Part shown: positions 59,801 through 64,000 of the stretch, in pieces | How the letters are laid out: each line of letters opens with the position of its first letter | Numbering within the stretch: position 1 is the stretch's first letter | DNA from: Podarcis erhardii | Taxonomy: Eukaryota | DNA length: 64,000 nt | Assembly: GCA_964252035.1 (NCBI GenBank) | Contig: OZ176205.1 | Strand: one strand, 5' to 3' | Translations under genes and position numbers: made by a program | Notes under the pieces: generated by a model | Told to the model about the DNA's origin: nothing | Database searches by the model: none | Seen by the model: only the letters and a program-made list of their open reading frames with translations

Positions 59801-61234
59801 GTCTGAAGGGACGCTCTCTTTAGGTAGCAGGCAGAAAACCAATGTAGCAGGCAGAAAACCAACAGATGGAAGTTTTCTGAACACGAAGATGGAGGAATTG
59901 CATGGGTTCCTTGGCAAATCCATAACTCCAGCCAAAAATGATGAATATTTCATACATACTAAAACCCTTGCAGAAAACATGTTCCTGAGATTGCTTCTCT
60001 AAAGCTCTAACTAAATTTAGAAATTACACCACAGGGTTAATAGCAGCAACATCCCAGTTATTCTAATAATTACCTTTTACTGCCACATCATATTGCATTT
60101 TCTTGTTAGAATTTGCTGTGGCTCCAAAGACCACAAGGCGGCAGTGTTTAATGAAAAATTATAATACGTACAGTAACTATTTTAGGGCTACTGCCGTTAC
60201 CTACATACAGTTCTGTTGTTTGAACAAAATCTCCATTTCTTAAGCATAATGGAGCACAATGCCCACTCAGTATTTCAGTCACAAATGACATTTTGGCCCA
60301 TTCACTCCTGCAGAAATGTGGAGCTATAAGGAGAACTAATGCATTCTTTTAGACTGGTGATGGTGAATATCTAATCATTCTACCATTTGCTGCTGGTGCT
60401 AGTAATATTTTCACTAGAAAAAGGAAAAGTCAAAATGACACTTTCCCTTTTTTGAACTGGAGCTCTCTTGTTTTTCTAATGCTACAAAGAAAATAGCACA
60501 CCCTCTGGAATGCGCTTCCTGAAGAACTGCTGCACATTGCTTCATGCTAAAGCTGAACCAGCTGCTATTAAGTCCCTAAATCAAAGGAATGTAAACTTAA
60601 CACCCCTAAATAAAATGGCAGTGATCCAGAGACATACACATGCAGTTCCCATTGAAAGCTATTGCAGAGTTTTCGGCAGGTGTGGGTGGGTTTACTAGAC
60701 ATGTCATCCAACTACAGAAATCTTCGTTGATTAATCAGTTAAGTTGCAACTGATTTAGTTAGCTAAACTGGTTAAAGTATGCCTATGAATAAAACATTTT
60801 ATCAGAAGAAGAAGAATAACATTTATGTTGTTTTTAAAACATTAATAAGCTTGGCAGATCCGATTGTATTGTCTGGAATGGACAAGTACTCTATCAAAAT
60901 AGATAAATAATAATACTTTCTACACCAGAATTTAATTCAATTACAGTTCCTACCAGGATGGCTACCAACAAACACTCTTTTTGGCAGGGCCAACGTCGGC
61001 ACCTGGTATCCTTAGGCAGCTGCCCTTACATCTCCTCCCCTTCCCCCTCCCCCCAATGCTGGCAGAGCACTTTGAGCAATGCAAAGCATTTGGAACAAGC
61101 CACATTTTCAATTTCGCAGAATGACCTCAACCTGGTATCACTCAGGGGCATTGCAGGAAATGGAAAGGGTGGCTTGATGCAGCTGTTTCACACTGCAGCC
61201 AAGTAAGCCTAGCACTGACAAAGAAGGGGGGCAC

Positions 61235-61375
61235 TTGTTGTTGTTTAGTCATTTAGTCATGTCCAACTCTTCATGACCCCATGGACCAGAGCACGCCAGG
61301 CTCTCCTGTCTTCCACTTCCACAGTTTGGTCAAACTCATGCTGGTAGCTTTGAGAACACTATCCAACCATCTCGT
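61235..61375 (-). mobile_element. RTE-BovB LINE 3' end fragment, interrupted by the copia element
   Basis: ttgtttagtcatttagtcatgtccaactcttcatgaccccatggaccagagcacgccagg...ccaaccatctcgt matches the recalled BovB 3' terminus (reverse complement). Confidence 0.8.
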
Positions 61376-61688
61376 TGTTGGTTTCTGCTCTCTTCACTGT
61401 GCAGCGAAGTGCTTGTCACAAGACAATATTTACATTCCACAGTCTGTACTGTTGGGTTTTCCCATGGGAAAGGGAGACTGGATGTGATGTACACTGGTTT
61501 CCTGTTTTTCACTGTTCTTTGCAGTTCAGTGTGTGCTTTAGAGGAGAGAGGATGCTTTTCTCTGCTCCGGCAGAGGCAAGATGTTTTTTCTGTAACATAC
61601 CAGCTTTGAAGTGTAAATAAAGCAATATACAGTATGTAGCACGTACTCCTCATCCTTCCGCTGTGCACGGGACTACTGCTTATCAACA
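61376..61688 (+). repeat. 5' LTR of copia element (313 bp)
   Basis: TGTTGGT...ATCAACA inverted termini, AATAAA at 61616-61621, followed by PBS. The 3' LTR is outside the window, so the boundaries are inferred. Confidence 0.8.
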
Positions 61689-61694
61689 ATGTTT

Positions 61695-61708
61695 GGTTAT
61701 GGGCCCAG
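61695..61708 (+). other. Primer-binding site complementary to an internal (anticodon-arm) segment of tRNA-iMet
   Basis: GGTTATGGGCCCAG is the reverse complement of CTGGGCCCATAACC in initiator tRNA-Met, as in Drosophila copia. Confidence 0.9.
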
Positions 61709-62110
61709 AAAAACGCAGTCATCTTAAGAATGGGCTCCAGAAGTCGAATCGGAGTGCCGGCAAAGGATCGGAATGCAGGGGGACAGATCGGAACGGAATC
61801 TGCTCTGCGCGTCAAGATGATTGATGAGGTATGTGCTACTGCTCCGGGCAGCCTGCCAGCTTCTAATTAATGGCTTTATGGCTGGACTTTGAACTTTTAA
61901 AGCCGTTTGCCGGGCAAAGTTACTATGCGGGGAAATCGAAAGTAACTTTTAAAAGTGCTCTTGGAGTAAAGCAGCTGCAGAAAATAATGACGCAGCACTA
62001 TTTAAGGCAGCATAGAGAAAGCACTTTAGAACTTTCCTTTTGAACTTGCCTTTGGAATGAAGCAGCACAGATGCAGCTTGTATAAAGCAGCATGATTTAA
62101 AGCAGCAGAC

Positions 62111-64000
62111 ATGACGCAGAAGGCTAATGCCAGAGTCATGATGGCCCTTCAGGATGCTTGTGGAATTCCTAAGCTCAATAAGAATAACTATGCGGACTGG
62201 GTTCTCTATGCAGAGGCTATTCTGCGGAAAGAGGGTCTGTTTGAAGTTATTACAGACACCCCCCCAGCTCCAGTCACAGATGCATGGGAAGCTAAAGATT
62301 CCAAAGCAAGGGGAACTCTTACATTGATAGTATCCCCAGAAGAGCTCTGTCTATTGCGTGATAAGACCTCAGCCAGACAAATTTGGGACGCTTTGAGAGA
62401 GGCTCACTTGAGGACAGAAGCTGGATCCACTATGTTTTACTTTAACAAGCTGCATAATATGGCTCTTGCTGAAGGTGGAGATGTGCGTAAACATCTGATG
62501 GAGATGCAGAATCTGAGACATGAGCTGCAACAGAGAGGACTCAACTTTCCAGAGGCTGTGTATTCCTTCATGATACTACAATCTTTGGGTTCAGGTTGGG
62601 AGTCTGTTGCGACTCAGATTGCTGTACAGCCTACTGCTCAGCTGACAGTGGACTATGTTACTGCCGTAATTCTCAATGAAGCAGATCGCCGTGGTGCTAG
62701 CTGCATGGGCAAGCGGGAGACTTCGCAGACGTCATCCCATAGTGCAGTGGAACCACCAGATGGCGCCAAAGCTTTGAAGGCAGTGAAATGCTACTCGTGT
62801 GGACATCTAGGCCATATGAAGAGGGAATGCAAAAATCCCAGGGCCAAGACAGAGCAGCGCAGTGAAAGCTCATCGCGTGGAAAAGGCCGAGGCAAAGGCA
62901 AAGGTCCAGTGTCCAGGACAACGCAGCCCAAGGCAATGGTCTCACGCTTCACTCCAAAAGTTGCAGAGGTCCAGAAGACGTCTAGATCTTTCTTCGTGGT
63001 TGATTCAGCAGCGACCCACCACATGTGCAACGATAAGCGACTGTTCGTGTCTTTTACACCGCAGGAAGGTGCGATTCACCAGGCGGATGACCACACAATC
63101 CCAAGTAAAGGCTACGGAACTGTTGTTCTTCACAGTTTGGACTTATCGATACAGAATGTGCTTTATGTGCCGGATGCCAAACATAATCTGCTCAGCGTTG
63201 GACAGCTGAATGAGCGGAATATTGACGTTTCCTTTAAGAACAAAAGGTGCATCATCACAAAGAAAAATGATTATGTATTGTATGCTGAATATGTTGATCG
63301 TTTGTATGTTTTGTATTATGATGATGTTGTGCAGGATGACACTTGTTGCATTGCAGGTACTAACAAAAGTTTGCATGCAGAATGTATTCACGATTTTCAT
63401 CGAAAATTTGGTCATTTGCATTTTGAGGCAGTATCTAAGATGCCTGCCTTGGTTGAAGGTATGACTATTAAACCCTGCAGGTACCACATGAAGTGCAAGG
63501 CATGCGCAGCAAACAAGGTAAAAATGGCTGCGAAAGGTAAGGTGTCTAGTAGGCAAGCTACAGAACCATACCAAATTGTTCATGCTGATTTGGTTGGGCC
63601 ACTAGCGCCCTCTTTGGGAGGAAACAGGTACTTCATGGTTCTCATTGATGCATTTTCCAGGTATATTTATGTGTACAATCTCAAGCAGAAATCAGAGGCT
63701 TTTCCTAGGTTCAAGGAATTCTGTGCTTGGTTGGAAAATGTGCATGGTAAGAAGGTAAAGACTCTTTTCAGTGATCGTGGGGGAGAATTCACTTCTCAGC
63801 AGTTTGAAGCTTTTCTGACTGAGAAAGGAATTCAACACGATTTGTCTAGTCCTCGCTCGCCATGGCAGAATGGACTTGCGGAACGAGCAAATCAGACATT
63901 GCTTCAAGGGTTAAAAACCTTGCTGCATGATGCTAATCTTCCAGAGAGTTATTGGGCCGAAGCTCTCTCATGTTTCACTTACAGTTATAATCGCAGGTTA
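62111..64000 (+). CDS. Copia gag-pol polyprotein, N-terminal 630 codons, uninterrupted (absent from the ORF track because there is no stop in the window)
   Basis: Hand translation: gag (IPKLNKNNYADW...IWDALREAH), zinc knuckle CYSCGHLGHMKREC, protease VVDSAATHHMC, HHCC (HRKFGH...CKAC), integrase HADLVGP / SDRGGEF / QNGLAER with D35E spacing. Confidence 0.95.
   Translation, partial: MTQKANARVMMALQDACGIPKLNKNNYADWVLYAEAILRKEGLFEVITDTPPAPVTDAWEAKDSKARGTLTLIVSPEELCLLRDKTSARQIWDALREAHLRTEAGSTMFYFNKLHNMALAEGGDVRKHLMEMQNLRHELQQRGLNFPEAVYSFMILQSLGSGWESVATQIAVQPTAQLTVDYVTAVILNEADRRGASCMGKRETSQTSSHSAVEPPDGAKALKAVKCYSCGHLGHMKRECKNPRAKTEQRSESSSRGKGRGKGKGPVSRTTQPKAMVSRFTPKVAEVQKTSRSFFVVDSAATHHMCNDKRLFVSFTPQEGAIHQADDHTIPSKGYGTVVLHSLDLSIQNVLYVPDAKHNLLSVGQLNERNIDVSFKNKRCIITKKNDYVLYAEYVDRLYVLYYDDVVQDDTCCIAGTNKSLHAECIHDFHRKFGHLHFEAVSKMPALVEGMTIKPCRYHMKCKACAANKVKMAAKGKVSSRQATEPYQIVHADLVGPLAPSLGGNRYFMVLIDAFSRYIYVYNLKQKSEAFPRFKEFCAWLENVHGKKVKTLFSDRGGEFTSQQFEAFLTEKGIQHDLSSPRSPWQNGLAERANQTLLQGLKTLLHDANLPESYWAEALSCFTYSYNRRL

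Larger units (their letters stand above)
61376..64000 (+). mobile_element. Ty1/copia LTR retrotransposon (5' part; runs off window)
   Basis: 5' LTR TGTTG...CAACA, copia-type PBS GGTTATGGGCCCAG, and gag-PR-IN domain order in a single ORF. Confidence 0.95.

Noticed and set aside
60110-60190. Candidate next IL23R exon after ttttcttgttag (KFAVAPKTTRRQCLMKNYN)
   Set aside because: No FN3 D6 or TM signature and no convincing donor; the true next exon probably lies beyond the copia insertion.
62697-63907. Track ORFs 62697..62945, 62791..63030, 62862..63209, 63143..63583, 63210..63464, 63692..63907
   Set aside because: Alternative-frame or antisense shadows of the copia gag-pol ORF (62111-64000).

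Overview
Squamate (lizard, probably lacertid, judged from its SINE/MITE content) genomic DNA syntenic with human 1p31.3. Three intron-containing genes were reconstructed by hand from splice sites and phases. (1) SLC35D1 (minus strand, coding exons 1-8 at 13814->2744; the rest lies left of the window), with a CpG-island promoter at ~13.2-14.5 kb. (2) A C1orf141-like gene (minus strand, 8 phase-consistent coding exons 31364->16066, 636 aa, longer than the ~400-aa human protein). (3) IL23R (plus strand, ~40.3-58.6 kb, continuing past the window). After its Ig and cytokine-binding domains (canonical WSKWS) it carries additional gp130/IL12RB2-type membrane-proximal FN3 exons that mammalian IL23R lacks. 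The last 2.6 kb is a young Ty1/copia LTR retrotransposon missed by the ORF track: a 313-bp LTR, a half-tRNA(iMet) PBS and an uninterrupted 630-codon gag-pol ORF running off the window. It is inserted into a BovB fragment inside an IL23R intron, in sense orientation, and its LTR offers a splice acceptor, stop and AATAAA that could generate a secreted IL23R ectodomain. The remainder is typical squamate repeat landscape (Sauria/Squam SINEs, L2, CR1, RTE, Rex1, Penelope, Tc1/mariner and hAT MITEs, microsatellites). All family assignments are from recalled sequence similarity, not database searches.
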